A DNA stretch of 63,322 nt, counting the filler, from Lenisia limosa (lineage: Eukaryota > Protista > Breviatea), in the NCBI GenBank assembly GCA_001655205.1. It is 10 parts of 10 records of this genome, joined end to end, with 100 filler letters (N's around TTAATTAATTAA, not from the genome) between each part and the next. Parts side by side here need not be neighbours in the genome. Positions count along the whole stretch, not along the records: positions 49,612 to 53,538 come from LPNZ01004828.1; positions 53,639 to 57,675 come from LPNZ01000019.1; positions 57,776 to 61,384 come from LPNZ01000488.1; positions 61,485 to 63,322 come from LPNZ01000163.1; 6 more parts are not named here. One strand, 5' to 3'. The notes under the pieces are model-generated. The model was not told where the DNA came from. It saw only the letters and a program-made list of their open reading frames with translations, and did no database searches. The position numbers were made by a program, and so were the translations under genes. Below are positions 51,980 through 63,322 of the stretch, piece after piece (position 1 is the stretch's first letter; each line of letters opens with the position of its first letter).

Positions 51980-53440
51980 TCACTTGCTCTGTGAACGCAC
52001 TGCTACAGCACTGAAGGGTAACAGCTTCTGTGTGCTCTGTGCCCCTCTGTTGTTATTGTGTTGTAGATTATTTATTATGTTGTTGTGTATTCCCCAAATT
52101 GTACGAAAAAGATAGGATGTACATTGTTCAAAGTCGTCATCCTGGCAACAATAAATAAGTGCTTCTTTCCATGGTTCCAACCAGTCCTCCAATTAAGATC
52201 TGATGATCACCATCCTCGGACGTTTTTGAGTTTGCTAAGTGTGAGGTTGATGCTCTTCTGTCGAGGTGATGTTCGGTGGAATAGGCCGCCTTCGGGGTCC
52301 ACTCGATACCTTTTGGGGGGGGGGGGGGGNNNNNNNNNNNNNNNNNNNNNNNNNNNNNNNNNNNNNNNNNNNNNNNNNNNNNNNNNNNNNNNNNNNNNNN
52401 NNNNNNNNNNNNNNNNNNNNNNNNNNNNNNNNNNNNNNNNNNNNNNNNNNNNNNNNNNNNNNNNNNNNNNNNNNNNNNNNNNNNNAGTATATCATATCCA
52501 GTCCAGCATGACTGGATTTTTCATGTGAAATGTATACTACTTCTCCACTCAAGTGAAAAGAACTTAGGCGATATTTGGATCACAAAAAGGGCCAAATGTC
52601 AATATTGTACATAAAGCACAACCACAGCCAGGTGTAAAAAAAGGCTCATCGAAACCCTCTTACTTGTCAAACAACTGAAGTAGAATTTTGCTCCGAAGTT
52701 GAGGGTAGTGCTTCTGTCGATATGCAGTGTCGAAAATCGGCTCAAAGTCAGCGGCAAGAAGAAACGCAAATGCCTAGGTTGTTAAGGTCAAATAATTATG
52801 GTTGATATGTTGCTATGTAAACCATTCCCATGCGTACATAGCTATATTATATTTTAAAAAGGGCTTTTGACCATAAAGACAGACAAACCTTCCAATAAAG
52901 TGTTCGTTGTGGATATTCCTGAGAATAGATCACCTCCCCCCCCCCCCNNNNNNNNNNNNNNNNNNNNNNNNNNNNNNNNNNNNNNNNNNNNNNNNNNNNN
53001 NNNNNNNNNNNNNNNNNNNNGGAACACGTTCTCTTGGCAGAATTTCTACATCGATAAGAAGCAAGCATTAAAGAACAATCAAGAAATAAAAATATGATTA
53101 TTGCTTGAGAAAATAAGTCCAAATAATACCCCTAAAACACCCCATTCTGCCAAATAGTGAAAAATATTTGCAACCACTCAAAGCCCACCAAATCGGTATA
53201 GAGGTTTGTAACAGCCACGTCATTAAACATTTTGATGTTCTCATCAAGCAAAAGGTTCTAAACGGTCAGTAAAAACAGAAACATATGTGTATATTAGTTT
53301 TCGTATGTGTATGTTTCTATTCAAAACTCTTGATATAATGTTAAAGGAAGAAAACCATGAAGAATAAATATTCAAATAGTAATGTACACACGTGTAGCAT
53401 ATTGTAAAACACGATACGCCTACCAGTAGAATGTCTGCGA
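51980..53440 (-). CDS. Uncharacterised multi-exon protein, 3' part
   Basis: In-phase exons EYPQRTLYWK|AFAFLLAADFEPIFDTAYRQKHYPQLRSKILLQLFD and YRVDPEGGLFHRTSPRQKSINLTLSKLKNVRGW. Confidence 0.4.
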
Positions 53441-53638
53441 TTCCTCTGTAGATGAACGTTATGATAGTGCGGAGAAATGATGATGGGATTGAGTGACAAG
53501 GTATTACTGTTTGGAGGAACATAATGGCGTCACACACGNNNNNNNNNNNNNNNNNNNNNNNNNNNNNNNNNNNNNNNNNNNNTTAATTAATTAANNNNNN
53601 NNNNNNNNNNNNNNNNNNNNNNNNNNNNNNNNNNNNNN

Positions 53639-53881
53639 TTTTGATCCAGGAGGAAGCGGGTAAGAGCTCTTTTGAGGTGCATTGACGAGAACACAATATA
53701 AACTTCACTATCAGTGTCAATGAGATGGAATGCATCCCTTGGGAGGGCATCAGAGAGGAGAATTTGGTTGTGAAAGTTCACTATTGCGCTTCTGAGGTAA
53801 CGATTCACTTCTTTTGCGTTTAGGTATTCAAATGCGTGGTAGTCTACTGGTAAAACAGGCTTATTTCCTCTTGAGCACTTT
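53639..53881 (-). CDS. Uninterrupted 80-codon ORF fragment between gaps, unknown product
   Basis: KCSRGNKPVLPVDYHAFEYLNAKEVNRYLRSAIVNFHNQILLSDALPRDAFHLIDTDSEVYIVFSSMHLKRALTRFLLDQ. Confidence 0.4.
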
Positions 53882-55507
53882 NNNNNNNNNNNNNNNNNNN
53901 NNNNNNNNNNNNNNNNNNNNNNNNNNNNNNNNNNNNNNNNNNNNNNNNNNNNNNNNNNNNNNNNNNNNNNNNNNNNNNNNNNNNNNNNNNNNNNNNNNNN
54001 NNNNNNNNNNNNNNNNNNNNNNNNTCCATCTTGCACAATGTTTTTAACTATGTATAAACTTCTTCTTCAAAGTACTCAAGAAAGCTTGGATAAGAAAAAA
54101 CAAAGGACATTAAAAATTTCATATTTTTTTGGGGCACAATTTTTTTTTTACTGATCTCCAAACTTTTTTTGTTTTTTGTCTTTCACACACCCCTTCCATC
54201 ACCTTCTTTATCTGCCTCTTTCGAAACCAAGAGTTCCCATAAGGAACTATATTTAAACTTAATTGCATTTTGTATTTTTCCAAAAAATATTTTTTTCCAC
54301 TTGACGAGTATTATTGGACTCAAATATATTATTGTGTCTGAAAGTATTTGTTTTTTGATGATCTTTAATCTCAGCCATCGGTTTTAATAAATGTTCCAGG
54401 TATAATCTTCAAACCAAAAGAACAAAAAAATTATCGGGTTTTATCTGGTTTACCCGTCCAGGCATATATATAGTTAAAACCGCGAACATGATTAAAACCG
54501 CGAACATGATAAAAACCGCGAACAAAAAGGAGGCTTTTCTTTCAATTTTTGAGCCAATACGCTTCTTATTTNNNNNNNNNNCCGAAACACTCCTTGATAC
54601 AGAGTTTTATTCATAAGAATAGGCAGGGGTATCAACATACATGCAAACTACCACCTTATGGTACTACAATTTTTCATGCGAAATACATTAAAACACTGAT
54701 TATGGGCCTAGAATTGTCCTGCGATAAAGTGAAGATGTTCTTGCGCCATCAAATTTGATTTTTTTTCCACTCTTGAGTAACCTAGAGGCATTTAAGTAGA
54801 GAATACGAGACAAATTGGGCAAAAAATGAGCGTAAATTACCGATAAATGGGCGAAAATATGATAGAAGATGTTAATAAATCAAGCGAATTTGCCTCTTAC
54901 CTTGTGTGCCGTTCCAGAACGGTAAATGGGTTGTTGACGCAGCATATACTTTAATCAGACGTCTATTTCGTCTATTGGCTCCATTATAGAGACTGAACAA
55001 GGAAAATTCTTGAAAAAACCGTTACAAAAGTTGACTTAAATACCTCAAAACCACTACATTTTCTCCAAAAATGGACTTCAGATTCGAATTCTCCTTAAAA
55101 AATCTGCGTTTCTATAGTGGGGCACTTTAATGGGCTCAAAATGCTATTTTTCTGAAAGAGGGGGGTTACAAAAATTATTTTCGCGTAAAGGAAACTGGGT
55201 GACCCCGGCCGGGTTCGATTCTGATCAAAAGATATTTTTTTCGATTTTTTTATCTCTTTAAGTTGTCTAAAGTTGTGTTTCTTCCAAAATAATGTCAGTT
55301 ATTCGTAGATTCGACGATTTACCGGATCAGGTGAGGTTTTTNNNNNNNNNNNNNNNNNNNNNNNNNNNNNNNNNNNNNNNNNNNNNNNNNNNNNNNNNNN
55401 NNNNNNNNNNNNNNNNNNNNNNNNNNNNNNNNNNNNNNNNNNNNNNNNNNNNNNNNNNNNNNNNNNNNNNNNNNNNNNNNNNNNNNNNNNNNNNNNNNNN
55501 NNNNNNN

Positions 55508-57366
55508 CTGCTGCCCTCTACTCTTTTGCGGCCGAGAAAGGTATCTCTGACTACCTCACAGAGAGCACCGCTGCTGTTATCTTGATTGTTAGAGGGCTAT
55601 CTTTGGAATGAGGATCTTTTAGTTTGGTATTATTATTAAATAACCCTTCTATTTTGAGTTTATCTTCCAATTTTGGCAAGTTTCATAATACATTCAGGTG
55701 AAAAGGAACCAGATATCAAAGTATAAAACTGGAGCTATTAGAAGGAAGTCTGGTAAACCCACCTACCTCCACCCAGACATTCAACCTTTGTTTCTAAAAT
55801 ATGTTCTGGAAAGGATTTTGCGTGGTGATAACCCTACTAAAGCTGAGCTGAGAGAGATGGTAAGCATTGAGGATAATCTATAAATGGTATTTCCAATTTC
55901 CATAACACACTTCCTTTTAAAATGATCTATTCACACACTAGGCATTCAATACAGTCAAAGAATTTGCTGAAGTTGTTCCCAAGGCACCACCCCAGCAAGG
56001 ACTGGGCAAAACGTTGGATCCAGTCCCATAGCGACATCTTGAAAGTTGTGNNNNNNNNNNNNNNNNNNNNNNNNNNNNNNNNNNNNNNNNNNNNNNNNNN
56101 NNNNNNNNNNNNNNNNNNNNNNTTAAGTTGTTTTATTTACAAAGTACCAATCTTACTATTTGTTAAACCTTGCCTTTCTCTTCAAATCTAATCACAAAAA
56201 TAGACTCCCAATACCCTTGACGCTGCCCGTGATAAGGCCTTGACTGAAGGAAGGCTCATGAAGCACACCGCCGCGCTTGGGGCTGTTGTCGAGGAGCACC
56301 AATTCCATCCAGGCATGGTCTGGAACATGGATGAGTCCATGGTTGACGTCTCTGCCAATGTTAAGACCAAGGTCATCCAGCTGAAGGAGGCTAAGAAGAC
56401 CTACGGCAAGACCCCCACTCCCCCAAGCCACATCACCTTCATTGGAACAATTGCGTTAGTGGGATCAAATAGCTGGAGTAAAATCTAATTTTTGACTCTA
56501 ACCATTTTAGAACCGGCCCTCTTCAAGTCACTCCCGTCTTCCTTGTTAATCAAAAGACTATCAAGGAGGAGGACAGCATCCTACAAGACCATGGAGCAAA
56601 AGTCATCCATGCCCCAAATGGCTGGCAAGTAGGCGGGTTAACTTTTTTTTTGTATTGTTGAGTAATAATCTCAAGATAATTTCACAAACAATGTTTTGTC
56701 GATAAATTAGTATAAAGGCTTCAATACACAGGGGGGGTTACTGACCCACAGTTTATAATCAGGATTCGACATGAACACTTACCATCTCCTTAGACGGTTG
56801 AATCTCTCACTGCATGTGGATTTGACACCTTTGTCCCTGCGGTTGAAGCCCAACACAAGAAGCTTGGCCTTCCTGCTGACGCTCCTGCTCTACTTCTCCT
56901 GGATGGACACCTCTCTCGATATGCCCCTTACCTCCTTGAGTACTTAAGTCTTCATCACATCTTTGTTTACCTCCTCCCCTCCCAAACCTCCCAAGCCACT
57001 CAACCCCTTGACCTCCGCACTTTTTGTGTTCTCAAGACCATCCTCCACTTCTCCCTCCGCACCAACCTTGTCAAGAAGGCCCCTGGTGATGTTTCCAACG
57101 CCGCCCACAACCGCTGCGTCGCCATTTCGGCATGCCTTGAGGCCTTCCATACCGCCACTTCTCCCCAGAAGATCAAGAGCGCTTTCTCTGCCTGCGGTCT
57201 AGTGGTTACTGTCGAAGGTGGGTTGGTTGTCGACCCCTCCCGCCTTGCAGCTCACCTCCCCGGAACCACTCACTTCGAAAACCCTGTCCTCCCTCCACCT
57301 AGAACAGCGCTCTATTCTTGTATTCTGAATACCCCAGAGCTGACTGCTCTATTTGAGACAGCTTAG
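55508..57366 (+). mobile_element. pogo/Fot1-like DD35D transposase (CENP-B-type HTH plus DDE_1), intron-containing, probably disrupted
   Basis: Exons 55698-55859 (GKPTYLHPDIQPLFLKYVLERILRGDNPTKAELREM), 55942-56070 (..SKDWAKRWIQSH), 56204-56454 (VWNMDES), 56511-56628 (HAPNGWQ), 56794-57366 (LLLLDGHLSR..LPSQTSQATQPLD..KIKSAFSACG). I count 35 residues between the second and third Asp. One apparent frameshift near 55985. Confidence 0.9.
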
Positions 57367-58751
57367 GATGACACCTATGAATTGGCTAAGGATGCCTGGG
57401 TTCAGTTAGCCGAATAGCGGGATGAGCTGACGTCTATGGAGGTGGAAAAGTACCTTTCCAATCCCGATGAGTTACCATGGGCCCAGATGAAGTGCGTTCA
57501 GTTTGCCCCCAGACAGTCTACGAGTCAACATCTCCTGCGAAGAAGAGAATTGACGTCACGCCTGCACCTTTGGACGACTACAAAACAAGGTTGATGAAAG
57601 AAGTCGAAGATAATGAGAAAGAAGAAAGAAAGTCGAGGAAGCTGCTATTAAAGGTATTTGGTATTGCAATTTGGANNNNNNNNNNNNNNNNNNNNNNNNN
57701 NNNNNNNNNNNNNNNNNNNTTAATTAATTAANNNNNNNNNNNNNNNNNNNNNNNNNNNNNNNNNNNNNNNNNNNNATCCGGCTCCATCAAGCAGGCTTTC
57801 AAGGGTGCTGCGAATTCCTACTTCTATATCCGTGAAATTTGAACTTGAACTTGTTAAATTTCCTTAAAATTGCCAATGCCCTGATCTCCTGCCCGCTTTG
57901 AATTACCACCTTAAACGCATCAAAAATCTGGCGATGTCAAAACCCAAGAAACAAACTTTTTGTCTCCGATTCACATTGAGAATTCCACAAGTAATATACA
58001 ACAAGTCATTGGCCAGATACAACCTTATTATTTTTATTTTTATTTTTTTCATTGCTATATAATATACTATATAATGATATACAACAAGTCACCTCAATTC
58101 CCGAATTGTTTTTTGACACAAGGGTGATTTCAGCTCCTTTAAATAAAGACAAGTAAATATCATATTGATATTTATTGAGGATTTATCAAAAAATGTCATT
58201 TTTTGGGAATGTAGGGAACCCACGCTCAGTATAGAGTTCACCAGTGGGACTGACCGAAGCGGGGATACTGAGAGTGAAGGGGACAAGGCAAAGCAGAATT
58301 GCTAAGATCATGATTGATTCGAAATTTCTCTCTGTATGCGTCTATCTCATTCTGTAGTTTAGAGTTTTCTTCTCTCTTACTTGCTCTTACAACTCTCTTA
58401 CAATCTTCCTTTCTTCCTACTTCTCGACTTTCCAACTTTTCTTTCCGTGTTTCCCGATCCGCCGCCGGGTCCTCCTCTCTGTTTCCAAATATAAAAGAAG
58501 ATGCAATCAGAGTTAGGCCCGCCGGCGAATCAGGGCGAAGAGATGCCAATGGTGTCCGAGTAGGAAAATTCTTACTGGGGTTTCAACTAACCCTTAATCA
58601 TGTTTTGGTTTTTTTTTTTTACAAAAAAAGCCTAGACTTTTACACCAGTTTTAGACTTTTAGACTTGTTTTAGACAACGATCTACGACCATTTTAAAAAC
58701 CAATTGACCACTTAACCATCACAGAAAAGAAGTGATCAAAGAAAAAGTGTT

Positions 58752-61311
58752 ATGAGTGAAGATTACGAAGAATCCAGCGCGGAAATAGTTGAAACAGTTC
58801 AACCAAACAATAGTGCTTACGATGAGAACTACATAATCGATTCAAACGGAACAAAGCGTTTTGTCTGTACACATGAAGGCTGTAACAAGTCATTTACCAC
58901 GCCATACAATCGCCAAAGACATGAATGTCTCCATACGGGTATCAAACCTTTCAAGTGTACCTTCCCGGTAAGTTTTTATTGTGATTCCCTCCCAGCCTGA
59001 AGCGGTTGACCCTTTTAGAACTGTTCCAAAGCATATTATAGACAGTCTGACTTAACTATTCATCACAGACATCATACTGGCGAAAGGTTGGATTCTAGCC
59101 TGCTGGGGTCCTTTTCTCACACCTAGGCCGTACCAATGCAAGCATCCAGGTTGTAATCAGGCATTTACTGGACCCTCTGACCTTTATCGCCATGAAAGAT
59201 CACATACAAGGCCCTTCAAGGTTGACGGGTGGATAGGCGGAAATTGATTGCTCGGAGTATTGTTCTTATGGGGTCGGCTCATTTGGCATGACATCTTTTA
59301 TTCCGTCTGTACTTCCCCATTGATTTTATTTTGCTCAGTTTTTTGAGATATTTTGGGCTTGCGCAACATTTGAAATTGGTTGGGTTACGCTGTTCATTGG
59401 TCGATAAAATTGCCGCGGCTTCTGTCGATACTCTCGCACGGCTCACAACTTAGTGTTATTCGCCCAATTGCACCAAAGCCTTTTCCAGAAGATGGGAGCT
59501 CAAGATCCATATGCTCCAGAAGCACCATCAGAAGTTACCAGGTTCGTAGGTGATATGTGGTGATTTTAGTGAAGGGCCATAGAAGAGGCTGGGAGAGGCT
59601 GGGATGCTTCATATAGTATCGATTGTTTTACTTATCACAAATTCTTCAATTAATAATAGTCACTAATATTTAATCATTGAAGGGATTTTTGGTGGTAAAT
59701 AACTATTTCTGAGGTGAAAGGAATTGGGTTTATCAAATATCATCACCCATTTTGACGATTCTTAGATGGACGCGGCCCTTTACCACCGCACCCGGATAAC
59801 CACGGTATGGGGTTTCGGTACCTTTCTTATCACCAAGGTCCTGTCCTATTAATACGAACTATAATAGTTCCAAATCACAACTCTATTATTCATAGGGTTG
59901 TTGTATTATTTTGATGGGACTTTTTCATCACTGGTTCCTGGGTTGCTGTCGTCTTATTAACCCAGCCACTCCTTCCGTCATGGACAACCCCATGATGTTG
60001 TCTGGGCTCCCCGGTATCCCCACAGTCCCCGGGCTGGACATGGGACTGGTGGACTTGGCCAAGGTCAACTTGCCTCCCCTGATACAGTACCCCGGACTTA
60101 ACCCGGCCTTCATGATCCCGTCTTTTCCTCTGCTTCCGACGGATAGGGTTGGGAGTGGGCGTATGTGCATATTTGGTCCTATGGTCATCAATTGTTTGTT
60201 TCACGTTACCCTTTGTGTTAATACCTACAGTGACTGGGATAAGTCTTGACAGATTCCTTGGGAAATCTAACAGTAAATCGGTCAAGACTTATCCCAGTCA
60301 CTAAATAATTATGTGAAATTTCCTAATGTTTGACCTAGCAGCTTGGTACCCCGGTACCCGACCTCATTGCACCACCTTCCATTCCCCTCAGTGGCATCCC
60401 TTCCTTGGTTGGTTATAGAACTTTTCATCACTCATACGGTTCGGATAGATTTCATGACTGTTCCTCGTTTTATTGTCCTATGTTTTCTTATTTGATGTAG
60501 ACATTGCCCATGCCGGGTTTGGCGCCACTCTCGTCCATGCCCCCCATGCAGGCTCCCGTACCGCCTGCATCCTCCCCCATGGGTCTCATGAACCTCGAAA
60601 TGAGCCCTCCGGCACTGATCCAAGATCAAATGGTTGCCAACAACAATGCTGCTAACAATGATTCGCGGTGAGTGGGGTTGTCTTTGGAATTTTCACGATT
60701 AATCTCCAACAAATTTGTACATGTTCTTTGGTAAGCCCTTTCAGTGAGAATTGAAATTATTGGGGTTTTCTTCTGCTTCGTCTTCTCTTTGCTTGTGTTT
60801 TGGCTTCCGTTCCTTTGACTGTGACTATGAAACCTTAATGGGTCTCAGCTAGTCCTCTGCAAAAATTATTTCACGCAAGCGTTAGAAGAGCGTGAAAGTT
60901 TTCCAAAAAGAATTTGCGAGAGCTTACTTTTCAGGAAGGGAGCCGATTCTGAAACACCGCCCGTTCTCATTGGACCTCCTCTGATGGTGAGCCCGGATGC
61001 TAGTTGCCCTAGAAACGTATTATTTTTGGATCAGTATTCATTCGCAATTTCCTTTCATCAATTTCCATTAGCGCGACACCCCTATTTCTTCCTTTGCTCA
61101 AAATCTGGTGCACCACACCCCGGTACTGGCACCTCTCCGCCAGCACACCCCTGGATTATCTATCCCGCCTCCAATCTTCCAAGAGCTGTCTAACCGTATG
61201 GGGTTCAATATATCTTGGCAAGAGGATTGACCAGACAAGCAAGGCTCGTTTACCTTTGTTTGTAACGCTTTAGAACCTCAGCTTCCCCAACCTGTCAAGG
61301 GCTTACCTTCG
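58752..61311 (+). CDS. C2H2 zinc-finger transcription factor (four fingers plus Pro/Met-rich C-terminus), 3' end lost at the scaffold edge
   Basis: Exons 58752-58967, 59019-59086, 59127-59220 and 59454-59541 give FVCTHEGCNKSF..RHECLHTGIKPFKCTFP|NCSKAY..HHRHHTGER|PYQCKHPGCNQAF..RHERSH..|CYSPNCTKAF..HMLQKH; about seven further in-phase P/M-rich exons. Confidence 0.93.
60228..60303. mobile_element. Tc1/pogo-type MITE, family D
   Basis: TA|CAGTGACTGGGATAAGTCTTGAC..GTCAAGACTTATCCCAGTCACT; further copies at ~34748, 50520-50593 and 63030-63106, half copies at ~27600, 48658 and 51621. Confidence 0.88.
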
Positions 61312-61484
61312 GTGAGCATGGGACTATAAACAGACGCTTTTTTATTATTGCAATGAGAAATAAAAAATAAGGTTGTATCTGGCCNNNNNNNNNNNNNNNN
61401 NNNNNNNNNNNNNNNNNNNNNNNNNNNNTTAATTAATTAANNNNNNNNNNNNNNNNNNNNNNNNNNNNNNNNNNNNNNNNNNNN

Positions 61485-61672
61485 TGATCGTTTTGCAGAT
61501 CGCCGTGCTTTATACATGCCCATATGATCGTTTTGCAGATCGTCGTGCTTTGTACATTCCCATATGGACGTTTTGCAGATCTTCTTGCTTTGCATGATTG
61601 TTTTGCAGATCGTCGTGCTTTTTACATTCCCATATGATCGTTTTGCAGATCGTCGTGCTTTGTACATGCCTG
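61485..61672. repeat. 40-bp minisatellite (x~5)
   Basis: tgatcgttttgcagatcgtcgtgctttgtacat(g/t)cccata units, contiguous. Confidence 0.9.
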
Positions 61673-61741
61673 GGGTGGACATTATCGCGATATCCACTGA
61701 TTGACGCGTCTGAGTGGTCCAAATGTTGGAGGGGTTCTCAA

Positions 61742-61802
61742 TAGGGTTTAAATCCTCGAAAACTGTCGATACCAGTATTTTTCGAACCGAAATAAAGTCC
61801 CA
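61742..61802. mobile_element. hAT-type MITE, family A, internally deleted
   Basis: tagggttt..ttttcgaaccgaaataaagtccca; flanks gttctcaa / gttcttga. Confidence 0.75.
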
Positions 61803-62177
61803 GTTCTTGATTCTATTGGGGATCTTGTGTGAGACTTCGAACATTATTTATTTCGTTTGGGTGTTCTTTTTGAGTACAATAAAATTGCTATCTGTACCAC
61901 CAGGATACTTGTCCTATTTTCCTATAAGAAAACCCCGAGTTTTTTTTTCCTGGGAGTGGTTTTCTGATTTTTTTACAAGGAGTTTTCCAGGAAGACAACC
62001 ACGAGCAAACAAACGAGGGGGAATTCGATTGGAAAACACTTGAGTCGTGATTTTTTCACTTTTCCAGTAGTTTTCCTGGGGAAAATACAGTGAATTTGTT
62101 GGGGAAAAGTGTTTTCCTTGGGAAATTATATAGTATCCGAGACAACGTTCCCATTTGAAACCTTGCTTTAATCTCAG

Positions 62178-63322
62178 AATCTTTACCACCTTACAATCCT
62201 GAGCATATACAGTGACCGGTATTAGTCTTGACCGATTTACTCTGTGATTTCCTATTGAAAATCGGTCAAGACATATCCCGGTCACTGTATACATGTTTAT
62301 ACATGTGTACATGTACTTACTTCCAAGGGTTCGTCATTGGTGGGCTGATGTACATGTTCTTCTTCACAGTGTCCGTCCAAATGTTCAGCAACACAATGGT
62401 GCGCTGGAGTGACTGTGTTGTCACTAGGGTTTCTTTTTCGAAAAAATCCTCGAAAACTATCGAAATTTTAACAGGCCAAAGTGAAACCCTAGTTGTCCCT
62501 TATGATCTATGGCATCTCTAAAGTCCTGAAAAAGACTATTGTATCGGTACACTCTATCGTATGTTACCTGACATTTTTGGACCAAGGGAAGTCTCTAACC
62601 TCTCAACTCCCGAACAATTGTTATTACTTTGCCTTATTTTATGAATGAGACGATTTAGTGTTTTATATTATTGTTATTGTTGTTGTTGCTGTTGTTTTTT
62701 TTTTGTTATTCATTCATTCACCACCTTTAATCTAGGTTTTTTTGTGTTTGTTTCAAACTTTTTCAACTTCTATCCCGCATTTCATAGAATCCTTAGGTCA
62801 GTTTGATGACATCGCTCGAGCCGATCTTCACCTATGTCTTCTCTATCATCATCTACGTCCACTTTGAGTCGTCCTACTCCTTCATCACCAACAACTTCGA
62901 AAAGGTTCGCAAAACCCTCCATTTCTTCTATCATTTCTTCTATCATTTCTTTGATATCTCTGATAAGCGTGATGGTGTGGACGGCTTCGACCAGATACAA
63001 CCTTTTTTTATTTATTTCTCATTGCTCTACAGCAACTGGGATAAGTCTTGACCGATTTGCTATTTGACTTCCCAATGAAAATAGGTCAAGACTTATTCCG
63101 GTCACGTATATTGTATATGATATGATATGATATATGATATATATACATATCATATGTATATTATATGTACATGTATGTATATTATAATATATCATGTACT
63201 ATATGTGTAATACATGTATTATATATATCTCCCCTTCTCTATCTCTAACACCGTCTAGGGTCTAAAGCCTAGCAACCTCGGCCAGCGAAACGCCTATGAG
63301 TTTGGTCTGCCTGAAACGGCGG
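62178..63322 (+). CDS. Probable EamA/DMT-family membrane transporter, partial
   Basis: Exons ..FVIGGLMYMFFFTVSVQMFSNTM|VSLMTSLEPIFTYVFSIIIYVHF.. resemble the EamA S-L-x-x-x-L-E-P-V-F motif; a further exon GLKPSNLGQRNAYEFGLPETA runs off the window. Confidence 0.55.
62210..62287. mobile_element. Tc1/pogo-type MITE, family D
   Basis: TA|CAGTGACCGGTATTAGTCTTGACCGATTT..AAATCGGTCAAGACATATCCCGGTCACTG|TA. Confidence 0.9.
62425..62491. mobile_element. hAT-type MITE, family A, internally deleted
   Basis: TAGGGTTTC..GTGAAACCCTA; flanks gttgtcac / gttgtccc. Confidence 0.82.

Noticed and set aside
55195-55228. B-box-like ccgggttcgattc
   Set aside because: No A-box or cloverleaf can be built around it.
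59890-60629. Several minus-strand ORFs
   Set aside because: Shadows of the GC-richer plus-strand exons of the C2H2 gene.
61485-61672. Regular repeats that could be mistaken for a CRISPR array (also 44933-45220 and 33078-33145)
   Set aside because: Units are contiguous with no unique spacers, the context is eukaryotic, and there are no cas genes.
63108-63228. AT/ATG-rich alternating tract (also 33145-33200)
   Set aside because: Ordinary intronic microsatellite-like sequence.

Overview
Eukaryotic (probably protist) draft genome sequence, not prokaryotic. The window is an artificial concatenation of about 10 scaffolds joined by 100-nt N44-TTAATTAATTAA-N44 linkers (12-mer at 23607, 28296, 33985, 45396, 47454, 49556, 53583, 57720, 61429), so adjacency across linkers means nothing. 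Genes are very intron-rich (GT-AG introns, short exons), so the supplied ORF track mostly shows exon fragments or antisense shadows. By manual splicing I recognise an anoctamin/TMEM16 gene, a PX-BAR sorting nexin, a FAM135-like DUF676 esterase gene, two tRNA-Cys(GCA) genes, an IPT/TIG Cys-rich surface protein, the 5' part of TRM8/METTL1, a beta-propeller gene, an intron-containing pogo/Fot-like DD35D transposase, a four-finger C2H2 gene and a probable EamA/DMT transporter, plus several unassigned multi-exon genes. Introns are packed with small repeats: hAT-type MITEs (8-bp TSD), TA-flanked Tc1/pogo-type MITEs, a foldback element, a compound-TIR element, a sense-biased repeat with a UUCG hairpin, and a repeat anchored at 3' splice sites of unrelated genes (introner-like). 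Short duplications that echo splice sites recur. Protein family calls rest on recalled motifs, not database searches; many exon boundaries and repeat ends are approximate; the taxon cannot be fixed from this window.
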